DNA of 64,000 bases, from positions 12,400,001 to 12,464,000 of the forward strand of contig NC_090415.1 in assembly GCF_036365525.1 (NCBI RefSeq), read 5' to 3'. A model generated the notes under the pieces. The model had not been told where the DNA came from and did no database searches. It saw only the letters and a list, made by a program, of their open reading frames with translations. The position numbers and the translations under genes were made by a program. Shown here piece by piece: positions 49,140 through 62,279 of this stretch. Positions within the stretch are counted from its first letter, which is position 1. Each line of letters opens with the position of its first letter. This DNA is from Heterodontus francisci (lineage: Eukaryota).

Positions 49140-51218
49140 GGATCGAGTTACCAACAGCAGCAGAATTGTACTCAACTGCAATCTGTAATCTCATGGCCCG
49201 GCATATCCCCCACTCTACCATTACCATCAAGGTAGGTGACCAAACGTGGTTCAATGAAGAGTACAGCAGGGCATGCCAGGAGCAGCACCCGGCATACCTC
49301 AAAATGAGGTGTCAACCTGGGGAAGCTACAACACAGGATTATTTGGGGGCCAAATTGTGTAAGCAGCATGCGATAGACAGAGCCAAGTGATCTCATAACC
49401 AACAGATCAGATCTAAGCTCTGCAGTCCTGTCACATCCAGCCATGAATGGTGGTCCACAATTAACAGACTAACTGAAGGAGGTGGCTCCACAAATATCCC
49501 CATCTTCAATGATGAGGGAGCCCAACACATCAGTGCGAAAGATAAGGTTGAAGCATTTGCAACAATCTTCGCTCGAGGTGCCGAGTTGATGATTCATCTC
49601 GGATTCCTCCTGAATGCATCAGTTATTTCGATTCACTCCGTGTGACATCAAGTAACGACTACAGGCACTGCAGACTGCAAAGGCTCTGGGCTCCAACAAT
49701 GTTCTGGCAATAGTTCTGAAGACCTATTCTCCAGAACTTGATCTGCCCCTAGCCAAGTTGTTCCAGTACAGCTACAACATTGGCATGTACCTGACAATGT
49801 GGAATATTCCCCAAGCATGTCTTTGACAACAAAAGCAGGTCATGTCCAAGCTGGACAATCAGCCTACTCTCAATCATCATAAAAGTGATGGAAGATTTCA
49901 TCAACAGTGCCATCAAACGGCACTTGCTTTGTAATAACCTGCTCAGTGACGCTCAGTTTGGGTTGCGCCAGTGCCACTCAGCTCCTGACCACATTACAGC
50001 CTTAGTTCAAACATGGACAAAAGAGATGAATTCAAGAAGCGAAGAGAAAGTGACTGCCCTTGACATCAAGGCAGCATTTGACCGAGTATGGCATCAAGGA
50101 ACCCGAGCAAAACTGGGGTCAATGGGAATCAGTGGGAAAACTCTCCGCTGGTTGGAGTCATACCTAGTGCAAAGGAAGATGGTTGTGGTTGTTCGAGGTC
50201 AATCATCTCAGCTCCAGGACTTCACTGCAGGAGTTCCTCAGGGTAATGTCCTCGGCCCAACCATCTTCAGCTGATTCATCAATGACCTTCCTTCAACCAT
50301 AACGTCAGAAGTGGGGATGTTCACTGATGATTCTCCAATGTTCAGCATGATTCGTGACACCTCAGCTACTGAAGCAATCCGTGTCGAAATGCAGCAAGAC
50401 CTGGACATTATCCAGGCTTGTGCTGATAAGTGGCAAGTAACATTCGTGCCACACAAGTGCCAGGCAACTACCATCTCCAACAAGAGAGAATCTAACCATC
50501 TCCCCTGAACATTCAATGGCAATTAGCATCGCTGAATCCCCCACTATCAATATCCTCGGGTCTGCCATTGACCAGAAACTGAACTGGAGTAGCCATATAA
50601 ATACCGTGGTTACAAGAGCAGGTCGGAGGATAGGAATCCTGCGACAAGCAAATAACCTGCTGACTCCCCAAAGCCTGTCCACCATTTACAAGGCAGAAGT
50701 CTGGAGTGTGATGTAATACTCTCCACTTGCCTGGATGTGTGCAGCTCCAACAACACTCAAGAAGCTCGACAGCATCCAGGACGAAGCAGCCCACTTGATT
50801 GCCACCCCATGCACAAACATTCACTCCCGCCACCACCGACACACATCAGAGCAGTGTGTAACATTTACAAGATGCACTGCAGCAACGAACCAAGGCTCTT
50901 TCGACAGCATCTTCCAAACCCGCGACCTCTACCAACTAGAATCTCAAGAGCAGCAGATGCATGGGAACACCACCACCTGCAAGTTCCGCTCCAAGTCACA
51001 CACCATCCTGACTTAGAATTATATTGCTGTTCATTCACTGTCGCTGTGTCAAAATCCTGGAACTCCCTTCCTAACAGCACTGTGGCTGTACCTACCTCAC
51101 ATGGAGTGCAGCAGTTCAAGAAGCCATTTCACCACGACCTCCTCAAGGGCAGTGAGGGATGGGCAATAAATGCTGGCCGAGCCAGCAACACCCACATCAT
51201 ATGAATGAATTTGAAAAA
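49140..51218 (+). mobile_element. Decayed non-LTR retrotransposon of a different CR1/Jockey-group family
   Basis: LDIKAAFDRVWHQG, GVPQGNVLGP, FTDD, WNSLPNS; tail ATGAATGAAT plus A run. Confidence 0.85.
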
Positions 51219-52441
51219 AAGTGTGGCGGTGTTCTGGAACTCACTGCCTGAAAGGGGAGTTGAGGCATAAACCTTCAACTCATACAAAAGAGGTCTGGAT
51301 ATGCATCTCAAGTGCCGTAATCTGCGGGTTACGGACCAAATGCTGGCAGCTGGGATTAGAATAGGTGGAATTCTTTTCGGCTGGCACAGACAGGATGGGC
51401 CAAGTGGCTTCTTTCTGTGCCATAATATTTCGATGCTTCTGTGATTCTAAGTGAATACATATCTCTCTATCTCACCATCCTCCAAGCCTCTCCCCCAATC
51501 CAGATCTTTCTCTGTCTCTGCCTTTTTCTCGCTATTGATGCTGTCTCTCTCCCTCTGCCTTTGGTGCTGTATCTATGTTGGAGATACAGTTACTAAGTGT
51601 TATATGTATGCATTCTATTGTAGTACTGATAGTCTCTCTCTCTGAATATTCAGGTGAAGGTGAAATACTGTTATTCTGTGTGAAAGGGACACACAGTTGG
51701 AAATTGTAAGACTGAAACGGTCTGTCTCCCTCCCTCTCTCACCCCTCTCTCTCTTTCACTCTCCCTCTCTCTGTCGCTCTGTTGTTGTATATGAAAGAGG
51801 AATGAAGTTATTGAGCGTGTTATGGACACGCTGAAGAGACGTACGGTATTGGAACAGTTAACACGCCACCAATGCCGCAGGTGAGACGGTCACTGTCACT
51901 TCTCCGCTCGGATGTTCGAATCTGACGGTGTGTTTATCTGTCTTCAGTCCTGAATCTAAGCACGGAGAGAACCAGCCTGTCACTGCCTGGAACAAAATAA
52001 AAACACTGTGTATGAATGTGGGATTATTGTGCAACTGGACGTCTCTCCTTGAGAATGGGATGTCTGGGACACCTAGAAAAAAATATGGATGGAATGTAGG
52101 GACAGACAGGGCATAATTTGTATTTTCACCGTCAGGAAACATGTTTGTGTGTGATCAATATAATAACATCAAAGCCGATATTGGTTTGAACAGATTCAAA
52201 GCTGTGATTGGCTCTTGACGCCAAATCTGGGAAACAGACAACATTCGCAGCGCCAGTCTCAGAGTGTTTAACACTTGCTGAGCCTAGAAAATGCAAATAC
52301 CCACCGTGAATCCGCAGCACAGGCCGAGCGGAGGGGAAATCCTGTCCTGGAAATGCTAAATTTAACGACCTGAGATTGTGTGGATGTGAATATTGTGGAA
52401 GAGAGTGTATTAAAGGGGCGGGAGCGTTAGTCTAATGCCAC

Positions 52442-52870
52442 TGTGTTTGTGGGTCTGGTCTCATCGTCGGATTTCCGAGTCCCTCTTGTGTAAAATAACA
52501 AGATTTTCCAGTCAAAGAAGCACTTTGCTCCCCTTCTAATCCTCAAAGTGGGAATTCAGTGTTGTTTGTTTGTTGATTTCAAGATTTTAATCGAAAAGTA
52601 TGGAACATGTCAGCGATCGGCTGAGAGAGAGTCATCAGTGCAGCAATGAAACGGGTTTCAGTCGAAAATGGAGTCTTTACTTCAAGTGAAACCTTTGTGA
52701 CAGCAAACATTCTGATGTCAGAGACAGGAAAGATCTAGCCTGGGACTCTGGAATACCCGAATTTCAGTGGAATTGGAGAGTTTAGGACCAGAGAGAAACA
52801 CAGAGAGGCAGCAGGAGCCGGGAGCTGACAGCAGGTTGTCTCCGCCCCGTCCGCTCGCTGCCTTTAAGTT
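52442..52870 (+). promoter_or_regulatory. Histone H1 promoter
   Basis: TG-box TGTGTTT 52442-52448, H1/AC box AAACACA 52796-52802, GC box CCGCCCC 52842-52848, TATA-like TTTAAG ~52863. Confidence 0.8.
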
Positions 52871-52946
52871 GCTCAGTGCCGCCACCACCAGCTTCATTTC
52901 TGACCCAGTTCTGACTGACAGAGAGACTTTGTGCAGAGTCCTGGAC

Positions 52947-53630
52947 ATGACCGATACTGCAGCCGCCGAAACGGCTCCTCTAGCCGCCGCCGCTCAAGTC
53001 AAGACTCCAAAGAAGAAGAAGGCGGCTCCTCGGAAAGGGTCAGGCGGTCCCAAGTTGGGCGAGCTGATCCTCAAGACTGTGGCGGAATGCAGTGTCCGCA
53101 GTGGGATGTCACTGCAGGCAATAAAGAAGGCTCTGCGTGTTAAAGGTGTCGATGTGGAGAAGAGCAAGTTCCAAATCAAGCAAAGTATCAAGCGGCTTGT
53201 GGCGAAAGACTTCCTGGTGCAGACGAAGGGCACGGGGGCCTCCGGCACCTTCAAAATCGCGAAACAGGAAAAGAAGGGAAATGTGGTGAAGAAGATTAAG
53301 ACAGGAGCAGCCAAGAGATCTTTAGTGAAGAAAACAGCTGCCAAGAAACTGATAACAAAGAAAACAGCCAAGAAATCCCCAGGGAAGAAAATAGTCGCCA
53401 AGAAAGTGAGCAGCAAGAAGACAGCAGCCAGGAAAGTGAGCACCAAGAAGGCGGAAACACCAAAGAAGGCGGTAAAGAAAGCAACGCTTCCAAAAAAATC
53501 TCCAGCGAAGAATGCCAATAAAACCAAGAGGGCCACGGGCGGAAAGCCGCCCAAGAAAGTTCAATCAACAAGGGGCGGGAAGAAGCCGAAAGCAGCAAAG
53601 GCTCAGAAAGCAGCCCCTGGAAAGAAGTGA
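52947..53630 (+). CDS. H1: Linker histone H1, 227 aa
   Basis: MTDTAAAETAP N-tail; globular domain ending LVQTKGTGASGTFKI; K/A-rich C-tail with S/TPxK motifs; stem-loop downstream. Confidence 0.96.
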   Translation: MTDTAAAETAPLAAAAQVKTPKKKKAAPRKGSGGPKLGELILKTVAECSVRSGMSLQAIKKALRVKGVDVEKSKFQIKQSIKRLVAKDFLVQTKGTGASGTFKIAKQEKKGNVVKKIKTGAAKRSLVKKTAAKKLITKKTAKKSPGKKIVAKKVSSKKTAARKVSTKKAETPKKAVKKATLPKKSPAKNANKTKRATGGKPPKKVQSTRGGKKPKAAKAQKAAPGKK

Positions 53631-53666
53631 AAGAGCACGGGAAACTTGTAGACATCTGAACCCAAA

Positions 53667-53682
53667 GGCTCTTTTCAGAGCC
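53667..53682 (+). terminator. Histone 3' stem-loop of H1
   Basis: CCAAA-GGCTCTTTTCAGAGCC-ACCCA with HDE GAAAGAGCTG at 53698-53707. Confidence 0.96.
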
Positions 53683-54313
53683 ACCCACGTCTCTCAGGAA
53701 AGAGCTGATCCCCCGATCAAATGATCCCTGTCCCGCAGTCGTGTGCACATTTCACCTAGAAATGATTTGAAGTAAATCCAGGTTCCCTGGTGACTCTCAA
53801 CCCAGCCCTTCCTCACTCTCTGCAACAAATCAGGGATGTCCGGGCCTCACTGTACCCGGGTATATGTTCGGTGAAGTCTCAGTTCATGCCCGTTTCAGGG
53901 CGACAGCCTGTAACACAGTAACACGGGCGAGATACCCCGCGTCACATCTCAAACTCCAATACATGATTTTGTATAATTCAGCTGGGGTTCGGTTTCAGTA
54001 AACTGCTCAATCCGTCTGGGAGGAGAGGTGTGCCGAAACAGGTTGACTTGTGATCGGAAGCACTGCACTTCGGCGGGTGTATTACGAACTTTTATTTGTT
54101 ACAGATCCGTATTTAGACCGCCGGTTTTCTGTTATCAGTGACTATCAATGCCGAATCTCCAAGTTTTATGCTGAGCTCTAATGTCGAGAATTGTTTTTTC
54201 TTGAATTCGCGGTTCGAGCAAGTGGGAGGCGGAGCGAGAGGATCAAAGACATTTCTCTGCTCTGTCTGTCACTCAGTTTCCTCCAGACACGCCTCTGGCT
54301 CTCTGTCTCTTTC

Positions 54314-54342
54314 TCAGTCAGGTCGGGGCAGGCTGTATAAAA
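54314..54342 (+). promoter_or_regulatory. H4 promoter (site II-like element plus TATA)
   Basis: TCAGTCAGGTCG 54314-54325, close to the TCAnnnnGGTCC consensus; TATAAAA 54336-54342. Confidence 0.75.
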
Positions 54343-54389
54343 AGGCAGCAGAAACTACTCGTTTCTCATTCAGAATTAGGTTTGTCTGA

Positions 54390-54710
<321 letters not shown>

Positions 54711-54740
54711 ACAAATCGACCTTGTCTACCAAAAACAAAA

Positions 54741-54756
54741 GGCTCTTATAAGAGCC
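54741..54756 (+). terminator. Histone 3' stem-loop of H4 (variant loop)
   Basis: GGCTCT-TATA-AGAGCC-ACCCA. Confidence 0.92.
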
Positions 54757-55206
54757 ACCCAAAACCTCATATAGAGATAAGTGACCTTGAAAGTGCAGCG
54801 GGGATGTCTTGGGATGTGAAATTGTTGTAGCTCATCCAATGTTATGTGGACTTTATCAGATCAGTATTGCATTCTCTTATAGTCACTTTACGTGTCGCAC
54901 ATTTTTTCACTGTCTTCTTCTGTTCCATGTTTAATTACCGCGTCATGAATTAAAAGGTTGCATTTGATAATGTCCATTTCCGACCTGAACTGCCGGTAAA
55001 GATGTAGAAAAGGATTTACTCCCGTTAGAGTAAGAAATGGCCGGAGCTTTATTCCCGCCAGAGACCGAACAGGGAATGAACCCCTATTCAAACCGTGTTG
55101 GAAGACACAGAGGGGGATCTAGGGCGGAAAAAAATGACGCTAAAAGCACTGAGATTTTATAATCGCTTCCGCCAAATTAGGTTTTCTTTCATCTTTGCGT
55201 CCTTTA

Positions 55207-55535
55207 TAATTTGAAAATGGCGGGCTTTTTGAAATTGATTCAATTTCAGTTGCATTTCAACCGGATGTTGCCGGGACTGGAAAAAATGCAGCTCTGAGGA
55301 AAGATTGAATGGTCCGTGGTTGTTCTCTGTGGCACAGAGAATGCTTTGAGTAGTTTGCTAATTTGAAATTGGCGGGCTTTTTGAAATTGATGAAATTTCA
55401 GTTGCACTTCAAGCAATCAGGGAGCAGCAATTCAAACTGCCCATTTCCATTGCAGACATCGTTTCAAATTGGATGATGGACGGTGCTTCATCCAATCACA
55501 ACATTAGGGCGGTCCGTCGGCTGTCTTAAATAGGC
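55207..55535 (+). promoter_or_regulatory. H3 promoter
   Basis: Duplicated GGCGGGCTTTTTGAA (CDE/CHR-like); CCAAT at 55468-55472 (-) and 55492-55496; TATA-like TTAAATA ~55526. Confidence 0.7.
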
Positions 55536-55587
55536 AGTCCCTGAGCAGCTTCAGCATTAAACGCGACATTGTGTAAGGTCTCCGTAG

Positions 55588-56001
<414 letters not shown>

Positions 56002-56044
56002 ACTGACCCTGCCCGGAACTGAGTTCGGCATCAAATACCACAAC

Positions 56045-56060
56045 GGCTCTTTTAAGAGCC
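56045..56060 (+). terminator. Histone 3' stem-loop of H3
   Basis: GGCTCTTTTAAGAGCC-ACCAA followed by AAAGAGTTG. Confidence 0.95.
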
Positions 56061-56478
56061 ACCAAATCGACAAAAGAAAGAGTTGTGATCTCTTGTTCAT
56101 TCCAGCACATAAACGTCTCAGAAGGTTTTGACCACTTATTTACTCAAAGCCGGGAGACACAATTACTTATATCTGCATCCGGTAGCTGCAGATTTCATGA
56201 CGTGTCAGTTGTAAGATCTAGAGTAGCGATCCCAATGTGCACAGCGCATTTTAATAGACCGGCGATCGTTTTAGGACTGAACAAATGTTTGTGGTACATA
56301 AAGGGTAGAATGGTAAAAGTGCCTTTCCAATAGGGTCTGAGGGAATTAAAATGCATTTCATCTGATGAGCAACTAAATGCCAAAATCCAGTACACTTCAT
56401 TCCAACACAAAACAATGATAACAGTATAATATTACAGTCTTTCAGACAGTAACCAGCCCTTTCACAGATAAAGTGGGT

Positions 56479-56494
56479 GCCTCTGAAAAGAGCC
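56479..56494 (-). terminator. Histone 3' stem-loop of H2A copy 2, mismatched stem
   Basis: GGCTCTTTTCAGAGGC; the second G-C pair is broken. Confidence 0.88.
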
Positions 56495-56524
56495 TTTGGG
56501 TTCACAGATTCAAGTCAGGCCGCT

Positions 56525-57034
<510 letters not shown>

Positions 57035-57784
57035 TCATTGTACTGTACATGTAACCAATCAGAGAGCTGCTCAATTCACCAATCACAAGAAGACAGTGAG
57101 TTGAGAGCGGAAAATAAGAGCGCGAAATGGTCAGGCTCCCAACGATATTTCACATTTGAAAAGCCCGCCAATATATTTGTAAAACAAGGGGCGGCTTCAA
57201 TATAGAATATCACATTTATAGGTTATATTGTTTTACAGAAAACATTGCAAAAATATTTTCATTTTTTTATTCCACATTTTGTCCCAGATTCGCTTTTGTA
57301 ATCCGCCATGTATTCTGCTTTATTCTTTTTCATGATACAGTCTAACCAGCGGCTGAAAGACTCATTCACAGCATTTTGTAACCGGACACATTTCAGGTTA
57401 ATCTTCGTAATTATACTGTCTCACTGATTATAGATTGATCCCTTTTCGTGGGAGACAAAAGCGGAGTATAGATTTTCAGTGTCACGGGTTAGAGACTGAG
57501 GGTGCCTAAACCAACGGGGTTTCTTAACAATGTACTTATTCATAAAGATAATCAAACTTCAACACGGCAACCAAGTAACTGAGAACATCTTTAAATCATG
57601 CGTTAAATCAGCTTTCATTTTCGAAATATAGCAAAGGGGCCGAATGAATCTGTATTAACCTGAACTGACCGGATTTAAACAGAGATTTACAACCGCCATC
57701 AAAAATTTGCAGAGTATTCGTATTAACATAAAAAGAATTCGATAATCATGATGATGTTGTAGCTATTTCAGAGAAATTGTGGGT

Positions 57785-57800
57785 GGCTCTTAAAAGAGCC
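57785..57800 (-). terminator. Histone 3' stem-loop of H2B copy 2
   Basis: GGCTCTTTTAAGAGCC-ACCCA. Confidence 0.95.
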
Positions 57801-57838
57801 TTTTTTGTATATTGTGTTTTTCAGTACATTGCGGATAT

Positions 57839-58219
57839 TTACTTGGAGCTGGTGTACTTGGTGACCGCCTTTGTACCTTCCGACACGGCGTGTTTGGCCA
57901 GCTCCCCGGGCAGCAGCAGGCGCACGGCGGTCTGGATCTCCCGGGAGCTGATGGTGCTGCGTTTGTTGTAATGGGCCAGGCGGGAAGCTTCACCCGCGAT
58001 TCGCTCGAAAATATCATTCACAAACGAATTCATGATACTCATGGCTTTGGAGGAGATGCCGGTGTCAGGGTGAACCTGCTTCATCACTTTGTACACGTAG
58101 ATGGAGTAACTTTCTCTCCTGGATCTTCTACGTTTCTTGCTGCCCTTCGTTGGCGCCTTCTTCTGAGTTTTCTTGGCGCCCTTCTTGGAAGGTGCTGCAG
58201 TTTTCTTCTCGTCAACCAT
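57839..58219 (-). CDS. H2B: Histone H2B, 126 aa (copy 2)
   Basis: Intact histone fold; canonical IAGEASR. Confidence 0.97.
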   Translation of the reverse strand: MVDEKKTAAPSKKGAKKTQKKAPTKGSKKRRRSRRESYSIYVYKVMKQVHPDTGISSKAMSIMNSFVNDIFERIAGEASRLAHYNKRSTISSREIQTAVRLLLPGELAKHAVSEGTKAVTKYTSSK

Positions 58220-58272
58220 GATCACGATCAACTTCAGACGCAGAATAACCGAAATTTCGCTCGGAGCTTGAA

Positions 58273-58340
58273 TTTTATGGACATCCCCAGAACCCTATGC
58301 AAATGAAGGATGGGAGATGACCATGTTCATGATTGGCTGG
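58273..58340 (-). promoter_or_regulatory. H2B copy 2 proximal promoter
   Basis: CATAAAA in place of TATA; perfect octamer ATGCAAAT 58297-58304; CCAAT 58332-58336. Confidence 0.85.
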
Positions 58341-58367
58341 TTTACAATGATGTCACTGCCTGATGTT

Positions 58368-58697
58368 GAGTGGCGCAGCGGTTCGCACCGCATCCTCACA
58401 GCTCCAGCGACCGGGGTTCAATTCTGGGTGCTGCCTGTGTGGAGTTTGCAAGTTCTCCTTGTGTCTGCGTGGGTTTGCTCCGGGTGCTCCGGTTTCCTCC
58501 CACATGCCAAAGACTTGCTGGTTTATAGGTTAATTGCCCATGATAAAATTGCCCCTAGTATCGGTAGGTGGTCGGGAAATATAGGGACAGGTAGGAATAT
58601 GGAATTCGTGTAGAGTTAGTATAAATGGGTGGTTGATGGTCGGCACAGACTCGGTGGGCCTGTTTCAGTGCTGCATCTCTAAAACTAAAACTAAAAG
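58368..58697 (+). mobile_element. HE1/V-SINE-type SINE inserted in the H2B copy 2 promoter
   Basis: A/B-box-like head, V core and (CTAAAA)n tail; empty site at ~21747. Confidence 0.9.
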
Positions 58698-60344
58698 CTA
58701 AATCTGTCTGATTGGATATCTAAATTAATCAATCACACTTCATGCCTATCACAGCCACAAACTGACGCAGCAGTCAGATCGTCCAAACCCCTTTGCCCGA
58801 ACTTAACCATGACTTTCTGAGTCCCTCTGTCTCTTCAAACATTTCCATTTTGCTGGTATGAACACATCTATTTTTTCACCCTGTACATATAATTTCTCGA
58901 CACTTCCATTCCTTATCAGGATGTACCGGCCTGCTGCACTTCCCTCCATCACCAGGACGGAACCGTCCAGTATAGTTGGGGTCAGACATGGGCAAGTGCA
59001 AGCATTGAAGTGCAAGTCTTTAAATCTATGTTGCGTGCCAAATAAGTTTGGTCAGCTGCAGCCACAAGTCACCACATGAAAGATTTATATAGTGGCAATT
59101 ACATAATTCTGGCTGAAACTAGGCGAGCATGGGAACTTATTATTACTGGCTACAAATATTCAGCAAGACAGGTCTGAAAAAATATGGAGGGTTGTGGAGT
59201 GGAAAGAGTTGATCAAATATAATATGATAACACTGGCAGCGATGATGTTTTTGAGTTGTTAACAAAAGAATCTATTTGGTCATATATACGGAATATGGCA
59301 GGAGGAAATGCATGGACATTCTGGGTCGTGTCATGTTTGTCTTTCCCTGCAGGACATGTGAGTGTGGGTTTCATTCTGTGCCTGTCAGTATGTGATATTT
59401 AACTGTGACTTTTACTCCGTATCTGTCAATCTATGGTCAATGATTTTGTGATTTAATTCAGTAATTTCAATCTTCAATAGGTGATTCTGTTTTTTTTTCT
59501 TTCTCTGTAACATTCAGTTTCTAAGTGGATGATTTTGGGTTTTGTTCTGTACCTATGAGCTTCTACTGAGTGAGTGTGGGTTTTGTTATGTATCTGTTAA
59601 TATCTGATTTTGGAGTCTGGGCATTTCTCTTTATCTGTCAATTTCTGAATTGTGAATTTGGATTTTAATCTGCACCTGTCAGTTTCTGGTTTGAAAGGTT
59701 GTTTGATTTTGTCTCTGTACCTGTTAGTAAGTGGCATTTTTGTGTAGCTTTACACAGCACATGTTAATTGATGACATGCCAGCGTTGTTTTCACTCTACA
59801 TGTCAGTCTCTGGTTTGGAGGCCTCACCTGTGTTCTGTACCAATCAGACGTCTTCATATAAGGATGGGTTTTAACCTGTTCCTTTCAATCTGTTGTATGT
59901 AAGTACTGTTTATTATCTGTATCTGTAAGTTTCTGATGAATGAATGTGGTCTGTATCACGTCCCTGTCAGTGGTTCATTAAGAGATATTTTACACTGTAC
60001 CTGCCTGTTCTGATATGTGAGTGTGGGTTGTGATCTACGGCTGGCCGTTTCTGGTATGAGACATGAGCATTGTTTTTACTCTGTGCATGTTAGCCTCAAG
60101 TGCAGAAGCTGGGTTTAATAGTACAGCTCACTCTCTGCTGTATGATTATGGATTTTCATCTGGACAAGTTAATTTCTGGTACGGGCACGTGAATTTTATT
60201 CTCTATGCCAATTTATGGTATGTGATAATGTGTTCTTTCTGTTCTGTTAGTTTCTGCTGAACTGTATGGTGGATTTGCTTTCAATCTGCCAAGTTCTGCG
60301 ATGTGAATGTTGGTATTACTTTGTATTTGTCATCGAGAGATAGA

Positions 60345-61312
60345 GTCATAGAGTTATACAGCACAGAAACAGGCCCTTAGACACATTGATGGCCGGCACA
60401 GGCACAATCAGTGATCTATTCTAATCCCATTTTCCAGCACTTGGCCCATCGCCTTGTATGCTATGGCCTTTCAAATGTATATCTAAATACTTCTTAAATG
60501 TTGTGTGGGGTCCTGCCTCTACCACCCCTTTCAGGTAATGTGTTCCAGATTCCAACCACCATCTGGGTGAAAATGAAAAAAAAACAATCCTCAAATCCCC
60601 TCTAAACCTCCTGCTTCTTACATTAAATCATGGCTGATCTGTTTCTGACTTGAATTCCACACTCCTATCTACTCCCAATAATCTTTGATTCCCTTGCCTA
60701 ACAAGAATCTATCAAGACCTGACTGAAAAAATATATATTCAGTGACACCGCCTCCACCACCTTCTAAAGCACTGAATTTCAAAGTCTCACAAACCTCAGA
60801 GGGATAAAAAAAATCTCCTCATCTCGGTCCTAAAAGTGTGACCCATACTTTTAAAGCAGCGCCCCCGATTTCTGAACTCATCCACAAGAGGAAACATCCT
60901 TTCCCCATCCACCTTGTCAAGACCATTCAGGATCTTATACACTACAATCAAGTCTCCCCTCACTCTTCTAAACTCAAGTGAAAACTAACCCAGTCTGTCC
61001 AACCTTTCCTCATAAGACATCCACACATTCCAGGTATCAATCTAATAAACCTCCTCTGAAACACCTCCAACACATTTACTTCCTTCCTTAAATATGGAGA
61101 CCAAAACTGTACACAGTATTCGAGCTGTGGTCTCACCAAAGCCCCATATAACTGAAGCATAACATCCTTAGATTAATTTTCAATTCCTGTTGTAAGAAAG
61201 GATAACTTTCCAATTGCCTTTGTGATTTGCCATACCTGCATACTAACTTTTTGTGACTCAAGCACAAGAACACCTGGATCCCTCTGCACCTCAGAATTCT
61301 GCAGTCATTCTC
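60345..61312 (-). mobile_element. Two adjacent CR1-group 3' fragments
   Basis: 60345-60625 is paralogous to 28057-28330; 60627-61312 resembles 8605-9265 ([16 protein letters not shown]). Confidence 0.85.
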
Positions 61313-61317
61313 CGCAG

Positions 61318-61502
61318 ATACTCAGCAGGCCTGCCAGCATCTGTGGAGACAGAAACAGAGATAACCATTCTGGTCAATGGTCTTTCATCAGAAAGGTCCG
61401 TTCTGATCGAAGGTCATTGACCTGAAATGTTAACTCACTTTCTCTCTCTACAGGTGCTGCCAGACTTGCAGATTATTTCCAGCATTTTCTGTTTTCATTT
61501 CC
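61318..61502. mobile_element. Second copy of the palindromic PLE/hammerhead element
   Basis: Paralogous to 32537-32710, with the left arm truncated. Confidence 0.72.
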
Positions 61503-62279
61503 ACTGTACATCGTATATTCTGGCAAATGAATGTGGGATTAATCTTTAACCTTTGGTTTCTGATATGCAAATGTGGATTTTACCTAGCATGTTGTCAGTT
61601 ACTGCAATGCAAATATCTGTTTTATTCTGTAACATTTTGTTTGTGGTAATTGATTGTGGGTTTTACTCTGCATCTGCCAGTCTCTGTAATGTGAATGTGG
61701 CTTTTGTCTGTGCATGATTTGTGAGTATGTGTTTTACTTTCCCTGTATGTTTCTCAATGTGGATTTTGCTATGTACCTCAGTTACTTTCTGTGTATATGT
61801 TGTATTCTGTTTCTGTGCATCTATGGTGAGTGTAACATTTCCCCTGTATCTATCAGAATCACTCTTGTGAGGATGGTCATTATTCTGTACTTGTTGGTTT
61901 ATGGTAGTCCTTGATTTACACTTTTACGGTCACTCTCTGATATGCTACTATACAGTTTACTCTGCACTTGTCAGATTCTGCTATGTGATATTGTCTTTTA
62001 TCTATCTGTCTGTGTCTGGTATCCTATTGCAAGTTTTACTGTATACCCATCAGCTTCTGGTATTTAAGTATGAGGTTCACATTGTATCTTTCATCTTGTT
62101 CTGTGTGAATCTGCTTCTGCCTTGAACTGACAGTTTCTACTCTGTGAGTGAACATTTGAAGGGTGCTTGTTAACTTCTGCTAAATAGATGATAGTTTTAC
62201 TCTGTGCATGTCAGTCACTGCAATGGGAAGTTGGGATTCATGCTGTATCTGCCATTTGATTTATTGATCTATTCTGGTT

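Noticed and set aside
52767-52946. N-terminal extensions of histone ORFs in the ORF track (H1, both H2A, both H2B)
   Set aside because: They run through promoter or 5' UTR sequence and mostly start at non-ATG codons; the canonical ATGs lie downstream.
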